A stretch of 64,000 nucleotides of DNA from Dipteris shenzhenensis (GCA_047967505.1 CM106538.1), one strand, 5' to 3'. Shown: positions 25,034-38,263, counted from the stretch's first letter. Program-made: numbers and translations. Notes: generated from the letters alone by a model not told the origin.

Positions 25034-26532
25034 ATGGATTCAGCTAGAACTGCGTTCCATGACTTCATCTCACGAACTACATTTGCAGATCATGAGGAAG
25101 AGCTATTTTTAAACTTTGATAGGACTTTATATGTCCTAGGCACATATATGTGAGCCAAGGATGACTTCTCAGATCTCATCCTTTACATGCAAGATAATTT
25201 CTCAAATTTTGCCTATACACTTGACCACTCTTCAAAGAGATGGGTTCTAATACATTACATAAAGTATCTGTTCATAGAGGAACCCAAGTTTGTAAAGTGC
25301 TACCAGCCTGCTTCTGTGACAACCTTACAGATGAAGGGTTTAGGACAGTTGAAGTTCAAGACATCCTAGACGCAGGGATCACAAGAAATACAGGCACCAA
25401 ATTCCTTTCATGGGAGATGACATTCATCTTCCTTCTCTAAGAAGGAAATTTAGAGGAAGAAGCCTCATCGTCTAGCACCCCCTCTAGTAGAATTGTTGAT
25501 CTGGTCGTCCCTAGACTAGCCTTAGACATCTACATGGAAGAGAGTCTTGATGATCCAATAGAGGAGATGGAAGTAGCTCAAGCATTGAGCCTACTTCAAG
25601 AGCCCCCAGTAGAGCAAGAATCTACATCGGAGACTGCTGACCTAGACTCAGAATTATGGTCCTTGTCCCCCCTCATCATTGATGGAGAAGAGTACATATT
25701 CCTCCATGACATAGAGATTATTTTTTAGACTACGAGAGGATAAGGCACTCAGAGTCCTATCAGGGTTTGATGTTGACACAAGTGTCAAAGATCCCGGGGT
25801 TTTAGGTACCGAAGACCAAACAATGGAAGACTTTCTCTTGATGACACTGGTTTCGATGAGGGATGCAGACATGTCCATATACGATGCACAACCCTCTCAT
25901 GTAGAAGCTTCCACCCCCAACACAGGTCAGGAGAAAGTGTCCACCTCCCAAATGGAACATCACACAACACCTGGTTCTATCAACATTGCAAATGAGGAAG
26001 GGATAGAAGCCGACGATGCTATAGTGGTTAGTTCAAACAATATTTTTTATTTTGATGTTTTTTCAGTATAATTTGTTTTGTCAGTCTTCTAATGTTTGTT
26101 GAATTGTTGTAGGATGTGTTTGAGCTTGATGAATTCTCATCTTAACATGGTAATGTTCGCGGCGCATTTGGGTGAGATCATTCTTTGGCCCATTCCCTTG
26201 GCAAAGTCGTAGAGCATATCGTGGTCTTTCACATCAAATTTTCTCCTCGAGGTCCTTCGGAGTTGTTGAAGTGCAAGGCATTGTTGCATGCTATCAGATA
26301 CTCCAACATTACTCGGAATGCCAACAAAGTCATTTTGGTACACTGCCTGGATGCTATCAATACCTTTGGATCGAACATTCATGGTAGGGCATTGACAAGA
26401 AAGGCTATGTCTTTGGCAGTAGGAGAGGAGGATGTTAGTGCTGTTGCGGCTAGATTTATATCTATGAATCCACTAGAGGATTCAAAGACTCTTATTCCAC
26501 GACGTACTCAAGCTAGACAAGAAGAAAGATAG
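25034..26532 (+). pseudogene. Unknown spliced gene (gene A), disrupted; probably transposon cargo
   Basis: ATG 25034 downstream of TATA; ORF pieces 25187, 25534, 25823 and 26185; GT-AG intron 26027-26112 joins the 25823 and 26185 ORFs in frame; several stops. Confidence 0.5.
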
Positions 26533-26766
26533 CCTATGAGGCCTTTTGTATATATAAATATATATTTAAATGGATATTTCAATGGATACATGACTACATG
26601 TCTTTATTATTTGTTTTAAGTTATCATTGGTCGTCATGAATTCCATTGTATTTTGTTTAAGTCATTGATGATATATTTTCTCCATCATTTTAATTGTGTT
26701 AATTTAATACATTTCTAGCCAATTTAGTATTATTTTCACCAATTCTGGGTATCAAAAGTTCATTTA

Positions 26767-26969
26767 TGTCAAATCCTGAAGGAATATCACCGTCGCACAG
26801 AAGAGAAAAGTGTCCGGCACATTGCTAGGACCCCAGAAAGGTGCCGGGGTGGGTTTTGGGTAGAATGGCCAAATTCATGCCGGGGTAGGTTTTGGGCTTT
26901 TTGGGGTCCTGGCAATGTGCCAGACACTTTTCCCTTCTACGCGACGTGAAATTCCTTCAAGATTTGACA
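26767..26969. repeat. ~200-bp hairpin (~70-bp inverted arms), MITE-like
   Basis: TGTCAAATCCTGAAGGAAT..GCACATTGCTAGGACCCC versus GGGGTCCTGGCAATGTGC..ATTCCTTCAAGATTTGACA. Confidence 0.85.
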
Positions 26970-27158
26970 AAATTCAAAACTTACACTAAAATGATCAGTT
27001 AACTGTAGTCATAGAAATGGAAAATACACAACAATGAGATAGTGTAGATAATGTCGATATATTTTATTAAAAAAGATCGACCCTTGGGTCTTAGATACAA
27101 GATAGTGCCTTCAAGGGCAGGGGGTGGTCTAAGTCCTAAGAGTGGGCTACAAGAGAAT

Positions 27159-27625
27159 CTAGGGCTTCAAACTTGGGTCACTCCGTAGCCGCTTTGCAAA
27201 GCCATGTCCATGATCATGACGTGCTTTGCATGGATGGCACACAAGTTGGCATCCTCAAATGCAGTGGTGGTCACTGGAGCACCCCCATAGCTCCTGTGTT
27301 GAATCACATGTCGTCCTTGTATCCTTGTGCTATCTCCCATACCACACATTCGAAGGGAGCACGCGAGATCAGGTTGTCGGTGGTCTTCTGCATTTGCCTG
27401 ATCTCCCTTAGGGCCCACGCTCTTGGCTTTGCTCTATACGGCTTCCTGACTCTTGGTGGAGACTTTACAGCTACTCGAACATGATCCCATGGCCTCCTGT
27501 TTGCCTTGAATTTCTTCCGCTGCTCGTCTGTGTTGATCCTCCTCTGAATACTCCTCTCATGAATGTTTTGAGCTTTGTCCTTCTTTGGGAAGGGGCTTCC
27601 TCGGTGTATGCTTTACCCTCTTCAT
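27159..27625 (-). pseudogene. Divergent intronless histone H3-like pseudogene with an extended N-terminal tail
   Basis: Manual translation: MKRVKHTPRK...VAVKSPPRVRKPYRAKPRAWALREIRQMQKTTDNLISRAPFECVVWEIAQGYKDDM*FNTGAMGVLQ // AFEDANLCAIHAKHVMIM-DMAL/AKRLRSD, collinear with the H3 histone fold. Confidence 0.88.
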
Positions 27626-27687
27626 GGGCACAGGGATTCATCTCTACGATGGGCTGTATCACCGGGAGAGGAAAGATGGTGCTCTTT

Positions 27688-30026
27688 GTGTTTATGCCAG
27701 ATATCAATATCTGCAACTACACCGGTCCCATGTGCAAACATTGCTGCACTCAATTTAGGCATGTCCGCATCCAACGTAAACATCTTGCCCTTCTTCTTTC
27801 CTTTTGCTATCAAGCGACCGTTATTTTTCATATCCTCAACAAAGCATCCATGAGGATTAAATCTGACCTTCAAGCCCTGCTCAACCGTTTGACCAATAGA
27901 AACCAGGTTCTTGGTGATATTCAGGACATGAAATACATCAGACAGGTATTTCTTTTTTCCAATCTTGCATAGACAAAGGAATTTTACCAATTTGCACAAT
28001 AGGATGTGTAGTATCATCACCGGTCTCCACAAATCCTGGTCTTTCCATTCTCCTTGCATCCTGCATCCATTCTGCATGACCTGTCATGTGGTTTGATGCA
28101 CCTGAGTCAACATACCACACATCATTGCTTTCTTCTGCACTTGTCACAGAATTGGTCATGTGTTGCACCATAAACAGATGCTCATTTCTGTCATCACCAT
28201 GTCGAGACCATGTCTACTAGAGGATGCATAATTCCCTTGCTGCAATTTTCCATTCATGATGTCATTTTGCTTCTTATAGCAGTCTTTAGCCATATGACCC
28301 ATTTTACCACAGTAGCAGCATTCTACATTTCTTTTTGCATTCTGGCCTCTTTGCCATCCACCATGACCTCTTTGGCTCCCCCTGCCTCTAGAGTTACCAT
28401 GTCCTCCTCCATAGGATTGGTTTTCTTGAGTTTGCTACATATTCTCATTTCTACCACAGCCTCTAGATCGGCCTGCTCTACCTCTGCCTCTACCTCTTTC
28501 GTCATTTGAGTAGAAGATAGTTTCTTTTGAAGTTTTTCCTGAAGAAGATGCACCACCATTTCTCTGCTCTTCAGAAATTAGAAGATCAAACAACTCCTCA
28601 AAATAAAATTTTTCACGGACGGAAATGGATGTCTGGAACTGTGCATAATCCTTTCCTAGACCATTCAAGGTCACAGACACTAAATCATCATCTTCCACTG
28701 GCGACCCAATGGAAGGAAGTACATCTGCAATTTTCTTCACCTTCATGTGGTAGTCATTGATGCTCATATTTTCTCTCTGCACATTGTGCAACTCCTACTT
28801 GAGCTGCATTTTCTTGGCTTGCATATTTGTGCTGTACATTTTTGCCAAAGTATCCCATGCCTCCTTTGGCGTACTTGCATCCTGAATATGCACAATCATA
28901 GAATATGAAATACTGATAGACAGCCAATACATAACTTTTCTAGCTCTCTCATGCCATCCTTTAAATGCATGCATTTCCTATTGATTGGGAATATTAGGAA
29001 GAACTGGTTCTTCTTCATTTCTTGTAATGAACTCCCAATAGCCTTTTCCCATAAGGAAATTTGTCATTCTGAAGTTGTTCTTGTCAAGCTTTTCAGTGAC
29101 AATCTATGAAAGAGAATCAGATACCATTACAGAACACTGCAAAATATTCTGTCATTGCAAAAAACACAGCTTCTGCCTCATAAGGGCAAATCTGCAAAAC
29201 TGACAAAAGTGGTATTTGACCACACAGTCACTTCCTAGTGACGATTTTGCATCAACAGGCAATAAGGATGATTCTGTAACTCCCAATATCTCTACACACA
29301 GGCATACGATGCAATTTCTGTGGCAACTTTTCACCGACCCGCAGTAGTGTAGTGGTTGCACAGCAAAAATAGGGCCTTTTTATCACTGCTTGCGGAGAAC
29401 TTCTACCTCCAAAACGGGCCCCGAAATGGCCTCAAATTAGAAAAAAAAAATCACCATGGGCTTTGCCCTCACCTGTAGCATATAGTGCCCTCTCACCACA
29501 CCGCGAAGGGTGTCTCAATCTGAGACAATGCACTCTTGCACTTTCTGGTTGTGCTACTTGCAGAGATTTGCTCCCAAACTCGAAAAAGGAAAGCAATACT
29601 GGTCCTCTTACCAGGACTCTGCGAACTTGGTTTGCTTTCTTGAGCTCCTTACCACGAACCAGGCTCTGATACCATGTCAAGATAGTGGGAGAGAAGGAAG
29701 GAGTCTCACTTGTGGCTTTCTCACATACACAATGGGGGAATACACACAAAGGTGGAGGCTGAAAACAGTTTTCGTCTTCTTAGTTCTGAAAGCCAAAAGA
29801 ACTCTAGTACAAAGAAATAGAAGAACCCTATATGTGGGTCTCAAACCAAACTCAGCTAACTAAGGTGGCATACTAACTGAGCCATGAACTAGAGTACATA
29901 AGGATAGCTGTCATCCAGCTATTATTCATGGGCGGTGTACCAATCGCATCTGTAGCTAACAAGTCGGTGACATAAATGCACAACAGTCACCCTGGCATAT
30001 CACGAGTGGAGCTCGATATCTCAACA
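27688..30026 (-). mobile_element. Copia element B, 5' part (5' LTR 29675-30026, PBS 29663-29674, gag-PR), truncated in the GAG-pre-integrase region
   Basis: GCTCTGATACCA next to the LTR; WYVDSGASNHMTG; homology stops after DIWHK; followed by ATACA at 30027-30031. Confidence 0.93.
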
Positions 30027-30111
30027 ATACATGAACCAGAAACCACTTCTTTTGAGCAAGCCATGGGAAAAGAAAAATGGGAGAAAGCCATGGATGAAGA
30101 AATGGATGCCT
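30027..30111 (+). mobile_element. Host Copia X fragment (start of RT region, EPETTSFEQAM..W..AMDEEM)
   Basis: Continues the 15728 fragment across TSD ATACA and resumes at 35628. Confidence 0.9.
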
Positions 30112-33100
30112 TGTTGAGATATCGGGCTCCCCACTCGCGATATGTCAGGGTGACTGTTGTGCATTTATGTCACCGACTTGTTAGCTGCAGATGCGGTTGG
30201 TACACCGCCCATGAATAATAGCTGGATGACAGCTATCCTTATCTACTCTAGTTTGTGGCTCAGTTAGTAAGCCACCTTAGTTAGTTGAGTTTCGTTTGAG
30301 ACCCACATATAGGGTTTTTCTATTTCTTTGTACTTGAGTTCTTTTGGCTTTCACAACTAAGAAGAGGAAAACTGTTTTTCAGCCTCCACCTTTGTGTGTA
30401 TTCCCCCATTGTGCATGTGAGAAAGCCGCAAGTGAGATCCTTCCCTCTCTCCCACTATCTTCACATGGTATCAGAGCCTTGTTCGTGGTAAGGAGCTTAA
30501 GAAAGCAAACCAAGTTCGTGGTGTCCTGGTAAGAGGACCAGTGTTGCTTTCCTATTTCGAGTTTGGGAGCAAATCTCTGCAGGTAGCACAGCCAGTAGTG
30601 CAAGAGTGCACTGTCTCAGATTGAGACGCCCTTCGCGGTGTGGCGAGAGCGCAGTATATGCTGCGGGGCCCATTTTGAAGGCGGAAGTTCTTCGTAGGCA
30701 CTCAGAAAAAGGCCCTGTTTTTGCTGTGCGACCACTGCTCGGCTAGTCGGTGAAAAGTTGCCGCAGAAATTGCATCGTATGCCTGTGTGCAGAGATATTG
30801 GGAGTTGCAGAATCATTCTTGTTGCCTGTTGATGCAAAATTGTCACTAGGAAGTGACTGTGTTGTCAAATACCACTTTTGTCAGTTTTGCAGAACTGCCC
30901 GTGTGAGGCAAAAGTTGTGTTTTTTACAGTGACAGAATATTTTGCGGTGTTTTGTAATGGCATCTGATTCTCTTTCACAGATTGTCACTGAAAAGCTTGA
31001 CAAGAACAACTTCCAAGCATGGAAGTTTAGAATGACGAATTTCCTTATGGGAAAAGGCTATTGGGAGTTCATTATAGGATATGAAGAAGAACCTGTTCTT
31101 CCTAATGTTCCCAATCAATAGGAAATGCAGGCATTTAAAGGATGGCATGAGAGAGCCAGGAAAATTATGTACTGGCTGTCTATTAGTATTTCGAACTCTA
31201 TGATTTTGCATATTCAAGATGCAAGTATGCCAAAGGAGGCATGGGATACTTTGGCAAAATTGTACAGCACAAATACGCAAGCCAGGAAAATGCAGCTTAA
31301 ACAGGAGTTGCACAATGTGCAGAGAGAAAATTTGAGCATAAATGACTACCACATGAAGGTGAAGAAAATTGCAAATGCACGTGCTTCCATTGGGTTGCCA
31401 GTGGAAGATGATGATCTAGTTTCTATGACCTTGAATGGTCTAGGAAAGGATTATGCACAATTCTGGACATCCATTGCCATCCGTGAAAAATTTCCTGACT
31501 TTGAAGAGTTGTTTGCTCTTCTAATTTCTGAAGAGCTGAAAAATGGGGGTGCATCTTCTTCAGGAGGAACTTCAAAAGAAACTGTCTTCTACTCAAATGC
31601 TGGAAGAGGTAGAGGCAGAGGTAGAGGAGGCCGATCTGCAGGCCATGGTAGAAATCAGAATATGCAGCAAACTCAAGAAAACCAGTCCTATGCAGGAGGA
31701 CGTGGTAACTCTAGAGGCAGAGGGAGCCAAAGAGGCCGTGGCAGTGGATGGCAGAGAGGCCAAAATGCAAACAGCAATGTTGAATGCTACTATTGTGGTA
31801 AAATGGGTCATATGGCTAAGGACTGCTACAAAAAGCAGAATGACATTATGAATGGAAAATTGCAACAAGGCAATTATGCATCTTCCAGTAGACAGGGTGA
31901 TGACAGAAGTGAGCATCTATTTATGGTGCAGCATATGACCAACTCTGTGACAAGTGCAGAAGAACGAAATGTGGTATGTTAACTCAGGTGCATCAAACCA
32001 CATGACAGGTCATGCAGAATGGATGCAGGATGAAGGAAAATGGAAAAGCCAGGATTTGTGGAGACTGGTGATGATACTGCACATCCTATTGTGTAGATTG
32101 GTAAAATTCCTTTGTCTATGCAGGATGGGAAAAAGAAATACATGTCCGATGTATTTCATGTCCCAAACATCACCAAGAACCTGGTTTTTGTAGGTCAAAT
32201 GGTTGAGCAGGGCTTGCAGGTCAGATTTAATCCTCATGGATGCTTTGTTGAGGATATGAAAAATAACGGTCGCTTGATAGCAAAAGGAAAGAAGAAGGGC
32301 AGGATGTTTACGTTGGATGTGGACATGCCTGAATTGAGTGCAGCAATGTTTGCACATGGGACTGGTGTAGTTGCAGATATTGATATCTGGCACAAACGCA
32401 TTGGTCATGTTAATATACAGCGACTTAAATCAACGCAAGCCCAAAATATTGTTGCAGGATTGCCTAAATTCAAGGTTGCAGAAATGCACAAGGTTTGTGA
32501 AGCCTATAAATTTGGGAAACAGGCAAGGAAACCTTTTCTAGGCATGTTCAAGAGAGTAAAAAGCCATTGGAATTAATCCACTCTGATGTGTGGACTACTA
32601 AAGCTACATCTATTGGAGGCTGTCACTATTTTGTCACATTTATTGATGACTTCAGCAGAAAACTTTGGGTGTATTTTATGAAAAAGAAAAGTGAAGTGTT
32701 TGAGCACTTCAAAGCTTTTAAAGCTATGGTTGAAAAAGAAACAGGCCTGCAAATAAAATGCCTAAGGTTAGATGCAGGGGGAGAGTACCTCTCAAATGAG
32801 TTTGCAAGGTTCTTGCAGGAGCATGGTATAAAGCAACAATATTCATGCAGTCATACCCCACAGCAAAATGGAATTGCAGAAAGGAAAAACAGGCATATTG
32901 GAGAGGTATCTCGGGCTATGCTAAATGAAAAAGATCTACCAGATTATTATTGGGCAGAAGCAGTTGCTACAACAGTTTATATAATGAAGAGGACTCCCAC
33001 TGCAGCAATACATGGCATGACGCCAGAGGAGATGTATACTGGTAGGAAACCAGATATTTCTCATTTGAAAATTTTTTGTTGCATTGCCTATGTTCATGTG

Positions 33101-35627
33101 CCAGATGAGTTGAGTGGATCCAAAAGCTGAGAAGTGCATCTTTATTGGTTATTCTCTGCAGCAGAAAGGGTATAGATGCTATAACCCTTCTACACGTAAG
33201 TTCATAGTGAGCAGAGATGTTGTTTTTGATGAGATGAGCAGCTGGTATAAACCAGTAAATGTAATGATTGATGTAGATGCACAAAATGGTAATGCTGCAC
33301 AGAATTCACAACAGCAATCACAAAATATTAGTGGACCTGGAGTGTCCTCTAGTAGTGGTTCACATACTTCGCCATGGACCACCAGGCAGATTGAGATCAG
33401 GAGAATCTCCTCAAAGCAATGCAGATAGTGGTACGCAGGTATCACGAAAAGAAAAAGAGAAGGTAGATCAGCCCATGTTTGATGTGAGTGCAGGTCAATC
33501 TTATGTGGATGGTGAATCCAGTGGCTCAGAACAGAGCATTGATGATGAGTTGGGTATTCCTTCTATTGTTACACCTGGAGTAAGGAAGACAATGGATGTT
33601 TTGAGAGCACTTGGAAGTGAGCCTATTTTGCGCAGGTCTACCAGGGTTAGGTATCCTGTGGATAGGCTGAAATATGATGGATTTACAGCCATTCACTGTG
33701 CTTATATGGTCAAAGTGATACAGGAACCAGAACCCACTTCTTTTGAGCAAGCCATGGGAAATAAAAAATGGGAGAAAGCCATGGATGAAGAAATGGATGC
33801 CTTGGAAGCAAATGCTACATGGGAATTGGTGCCTTTGCCTAAAGACAAGAATGCAATTGGCTGTAAGTGGGTTTGTAAGATCAAGCACAATGTAGATGGT
33901 TCTCTGAATAGATACAAGGCAAGATTAGTTGTCAAGGGGTATGCACAGACATATGGCATTGATTATGAAGAAACTTTCAGTACGGTTGCAAGGATGGCAA
34001 CCGTAAGAGCAGCCATTGCTATGGCTGCATCAAAGGGATGGTCTTTACATCAGATGGATGTAAAGAATGCCTTCTTGCATGGTGATTTGCAAGAAGAGGT
34101 CTTTATGGAGCTGCCACCAAGTTATGTTCATGCTCTTGATCCTGAGTTTGTTTGCAGGTTGAAGAAAGCCTTGCATGGCTTGAAGCAAGCACCTAGCACA
34201 TGGTCTAACAAGATAGGACAATATCTTGTCACTATTGGCTTTCAGATTTCCAAGGCAGATTTCTCACTCTATGTGAGAAAAACAGAGAAAGGGATTATGC
34301 TGCTTGTCATTTATGTTGATGATTTGATCATCACAGGTGATAGTGATGAAGATATCCTTCATGTGAAAATGCTATTGAGGCAGAAGTTTGAGATGAAGGA
34401 TTTGGGAGAGCTGCGTTATTTCTTGGGCATTGAGGTGATTAGATCACCAAGTGGGATACAGCTCTTGCAGAGGCAGTATGGATTGGACATGTTGTCCAAA
34501 TATGGGATGACAAGGCTGTAAGCCTATTTCAGTTCCTTTGGAGCAGAATGTGAAGCTGAGCACAGATGCAGGTGAGATTTTGGAAGACCCTACTATGTAC
34601 AGATGCATTGTAGGAAGTTTGATTTATATGACTATTACCAGGCCAGATCTAAGCTATGCTGTTGGATTGGTAAGTCAGTTTATGCAGGCTCCAAGGAAAC
34701 CGCATTTGGATGCGGCTAGACACATACTCAGGTATGTGAAAGTCCACATTGCAGTATGGACTATTTTATGAGGCTGGGGTTCAGATACAGTTGCATGGAT
34801 ACACTGATGCGGATTGGGCTGGTAGTATTTCTGATAGACGATCTACCAGTGGATATGTGTTCTCTTTTGGGAGTGCTGCAGTCACTTGGAGCAGCAAGAA
34901 ACAGCCTACAGTTGCCTTGTCGAGCACAAAGGCTGAGTACAGGGGTGCAGCAATGGCTGCATGTGAGGTAGCTTGGTTGCATAAGCTACTTTATGATATG
35001 CATCAGTCTATAGATGGGCCAGTTGTCATTTATTGTGACAGCATGAGCAGTATACACTTGGCAAAGAATCCAGTCTTTCATGCTAGAACAAAGCACATTA
35101 AGGTGCATTATCACTATGTGCGAGAGAAGGTTTTACTAGGTCTTATTGATCTAGTTTATGTCAGCACAGAGGATCAGGTAGCTGACATATTCATGAAAGC
35201 ATTGGGCGCAGAGAAGTTGCACAAGTTCAAAGACCTGCTTGGTGTGCAGGAATTGGGATTGAGCTCGAGGGGGAGTGTTGAGATATCGAGCTCCACTCGC
35301 GATATGCCAGGGTGACTGTTGTGCATTTATGTCACCGACTTGTTAGTTGCAGATGCGGTTGGTACACCGCCCGCGAATAATAGCTGGATGACAGCTATCC
35401 TATCTACTCTAGTTTGTGGCTCAGTTAGTAAGCCACCTTAGTTAGTTGAGTTTGGTTTGAGACCCACATATAGGGTTCTTCTATTTCTTTGTACTTGAGT
35501 TCTTTTGGCTTTCAAAACTAAGAAGAGGAAAACTATTTTTCAGCCTCCACCTCTGTGTGTATTCCCCCATTGTGCATGTGAGAAAGCCGCAAGTGAGACT
35601 CCTTCCCTCTCTCCCACTATCTTCACA
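30112..35627 (+). mobile_element. Ty1/Copia element D, full length and least decayed; LTRs 30112-30465 and 35276-35627; TSD TGCCT
   Basis: PBS TGGTATCAGAGC at 30466, CYYCGKMGHMAKDC, integrase [24 protein letters not shown] and YVDD, RH DADWAG; TGCCT at 30107-30111 and 35628-35632. Confidence 0.97.
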
Positions 35628-37310
35628 TGCCTTGGAAGCAAATGCTACATGGGAATTGGTGCCTTAGCCTAAAGACAAGAATGCAATTAGTTGCAAGTGG
35701 GTTTATAAGGTGAAGCACAATGCAGATGGTTCGGTGAACAGATACAAGGCAAGATTAGTTGTCAAGGGGTATGCACAGACATATGGCATTGATTATGAAG
35801 AAACATTCTATCTGTTTGCAAGGATGGAAACCGTAAGAGCAGTCATTGCTATGGCTGCATCAAAGGGATGGTCTTCACATCAGATGGATGTAAAGAATGC
35901 CTTCTTGCATGGTGATTTGCAAGAAGAGGTCTATATGGAGCAGCCACCAGGTTATGGTCATGCTATTCATCCTAAGTTTGTTTGCAGGTTGAAGAAAGCC
36001 TTCTATGGCTTGAAGCAAGCACCCAGAGCATGGTCTGACAAGATAGGACAATATCTTGTTACTATTGGCTTTCAAATTTCCAAGGCAGATTTCTCACTTT
36101 ATGTGAGAAAAACAGAGAAAGGCATTGTGCTGCTTGTTATTTATGTTGATGATTTGATCATTACAGGTGATAGTGATGAAGATATCCTTCATGTGAAAAT
36201 GCTATTGAATAAGAAGTTTGAGATGAAGGATTTGGGAGAGCTACATTACTTCTTGGGCATTGAAGTGATTAGATCCACAAGTGGGATATGGCTCTTGCAG
36301 AGGTAGTATGGATTGGACATGCTGTCCAAATATGGGATGACAGGCTGTAAGCCTATTTCAGTTTCTTTGGAGTAGAATGTGAAGTTGAGTGTAGATGCAA
36401 GTGAGCTTCTGGAAGACCCTACTATGTACAGACGCATAGTAGGAGTTTTGATTTATATGACTATTACCAGGCTTGGCTTGAGCTATGCTATTGGGTTGGT
36501 AAGGCAGTTTATGCAAGCTCCAAGGAAACCGCATTTGGATGCGGCTAAATGCATACTGAGGTATGTGAAGTCCACATTGCAATATGGACTATTTTATGAG
36601 ACTGGGGTTCAGATACAATTGCATGGATACACTGATGTTGATTGGGCTGGTAGTATTTCTGATGGATGATCTACCAGTGGATATGTGTTCTCTCTTGGGA
36701 GTGATGTAGTCACTTGGAGCAGCAAGAAACAGCCTACAGTTGCCTTGTTAAGCACAGAGGCTGAGTATAGGGGTGCAGCAATGGCTGCATGTGAGGTAGC
36801 TTGGTTGCATAAGCTACTTTATGATATGCATCAGTCTAGAAATGGGCTAGTTGTCATTTATTGTGATAACATGAGCAATATACACTTGGCAAATAACCCA
36901 TTCTATCATGCTAGAACAAAGCACATTGAGGTGCATTATCACTATGTGCGGGAGAAGGTTCTAGTAGGTTTTATTGATCTAGTTTATGGCAGCACAGAGG
37001 ATCAGGTAGCTGACATATTCACAAAGGCATTAGGTGCAGAGAAGCTACACAAGTTCAAAGACCTGCTTGGTGTGCAGGAATTGGGATTGAGCTCAAGGGG
37101 GAGTGTTTAGATATCGAGCTCCACTCGTGATATGCCAGGGTGATGGTTGTGCATTTATGTCACCGACTTGTTAGCTGCAAATGCGATTGGTACATCGTCC
37201 ATGAATAATAGCTGAATGACATCTATCTTTATGTGCTCTAGTTAGTGGCTCACTTTGTATGCCACCTAGGTTAGATGAGTTTGGTTTGAGACCCACATAT
37301 AACACCTATT
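35628..37310 (+). mobile_element. Host Copia X, 3' half (RT-RH, truncated 3' LTR 37104-~37310)
   Basis: ORFs 35710-36306, 36379-36669 and 36685-37110; LTR shares the CACCTAGGTTAG and TCTATCTTTATGT variants with the 24399-24757 LTR. Confidence 0.92.
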
Positions 37311-37803
37311 TCATTGATTTTGGACTAGTGCACTGTCCAAATTCGTTTTGTGAGATAATTTTAGATAAAGCATTTCAAAAAAAGAGGCTCTTATAAAACA
37401 AAACTTTGAGTCAAAAAGTAAGATTTTAAAAAAGCAAATTAGAAAAATTGACGTGACATGTTATTTAAACTAGAGTACATTAAAAAAAGAGGACTTGATG
37501 TTGTTAAAAGAGACAAAAAGTAAGATTTTAAAAAATCAAATTCGAAAAAAAACTAGAGTACATTTAAAAAACTAGAGTACATTTAAAAAAAAGCATGACA
37601 CATTTGTACAAGAAGTAGATCATATAACTCAAAGCCATATGGTGTTAAAAAACACCTTCCATTAGCTTAGCCTAGAAGATGTCATCTTTGTCTTTCTTGT
37701 CTCTTACAGTTACTTTAGAAAACACATAAGTCTATGGAATTAAATTTCACAGTTACTTTAAATTTCTATGGAATTAAATTTCCATCACTTGACTATTAAG
37801 TCA

Positions 37804-38263
37804 TTAGAGAGAGCATATGTCCTCGAAAGTGCCTACTATGGCATTGGCTTCATGAAAACATGCAGACTTTAAACTTGCAGGCCATGCGTAACCAGGGCTG
37901 GCATCGCAAATCTCCTCACAGACTCTCCTTACAACTTGTTTCGAATCTTCCGCCGACTTGTAAGCATTCAACAACTCTTCTTTTCTCTCTTGGCTTTTCT
38001 CATCTTCACCATTTTTTTCAATACAGCTTCTAGCCACCGCCATATCCTGTATGAAAATTTAACTCGTTCGCATAAGAAGTACGTGATTAAAAGACTTAGC
38101 AAAAAAGAAAGCTAAGGATATTCACCTCTTCTACTGAGTTCAAATCAAGCAGCCATGTGCATAACATATCCTCCTCAAATGATTTTCCCTTCATTGGTCC
38201 ATACAAAAGAGATCTAAGACAGAATTTGAGTTCAATAAATGAAGTCAGGTAGTAAGTAGTCAT
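37804..38263 (-). CDS. Putative two-exon gene B, 126 aa, unknown function (exons 38263-38126 and 38046-37804)
   Basis: ATG at 38263, phase-0 GTGAAT..TACAG intron 38125-38047, open through to the stop at 37804. Confidence 0.5.

Noticed and set aside
27159-27625. Calling the H3-like sequence CENH3
   Set aside because: Loop 1 is canonical length and retains (R)F; phylogeny is needed
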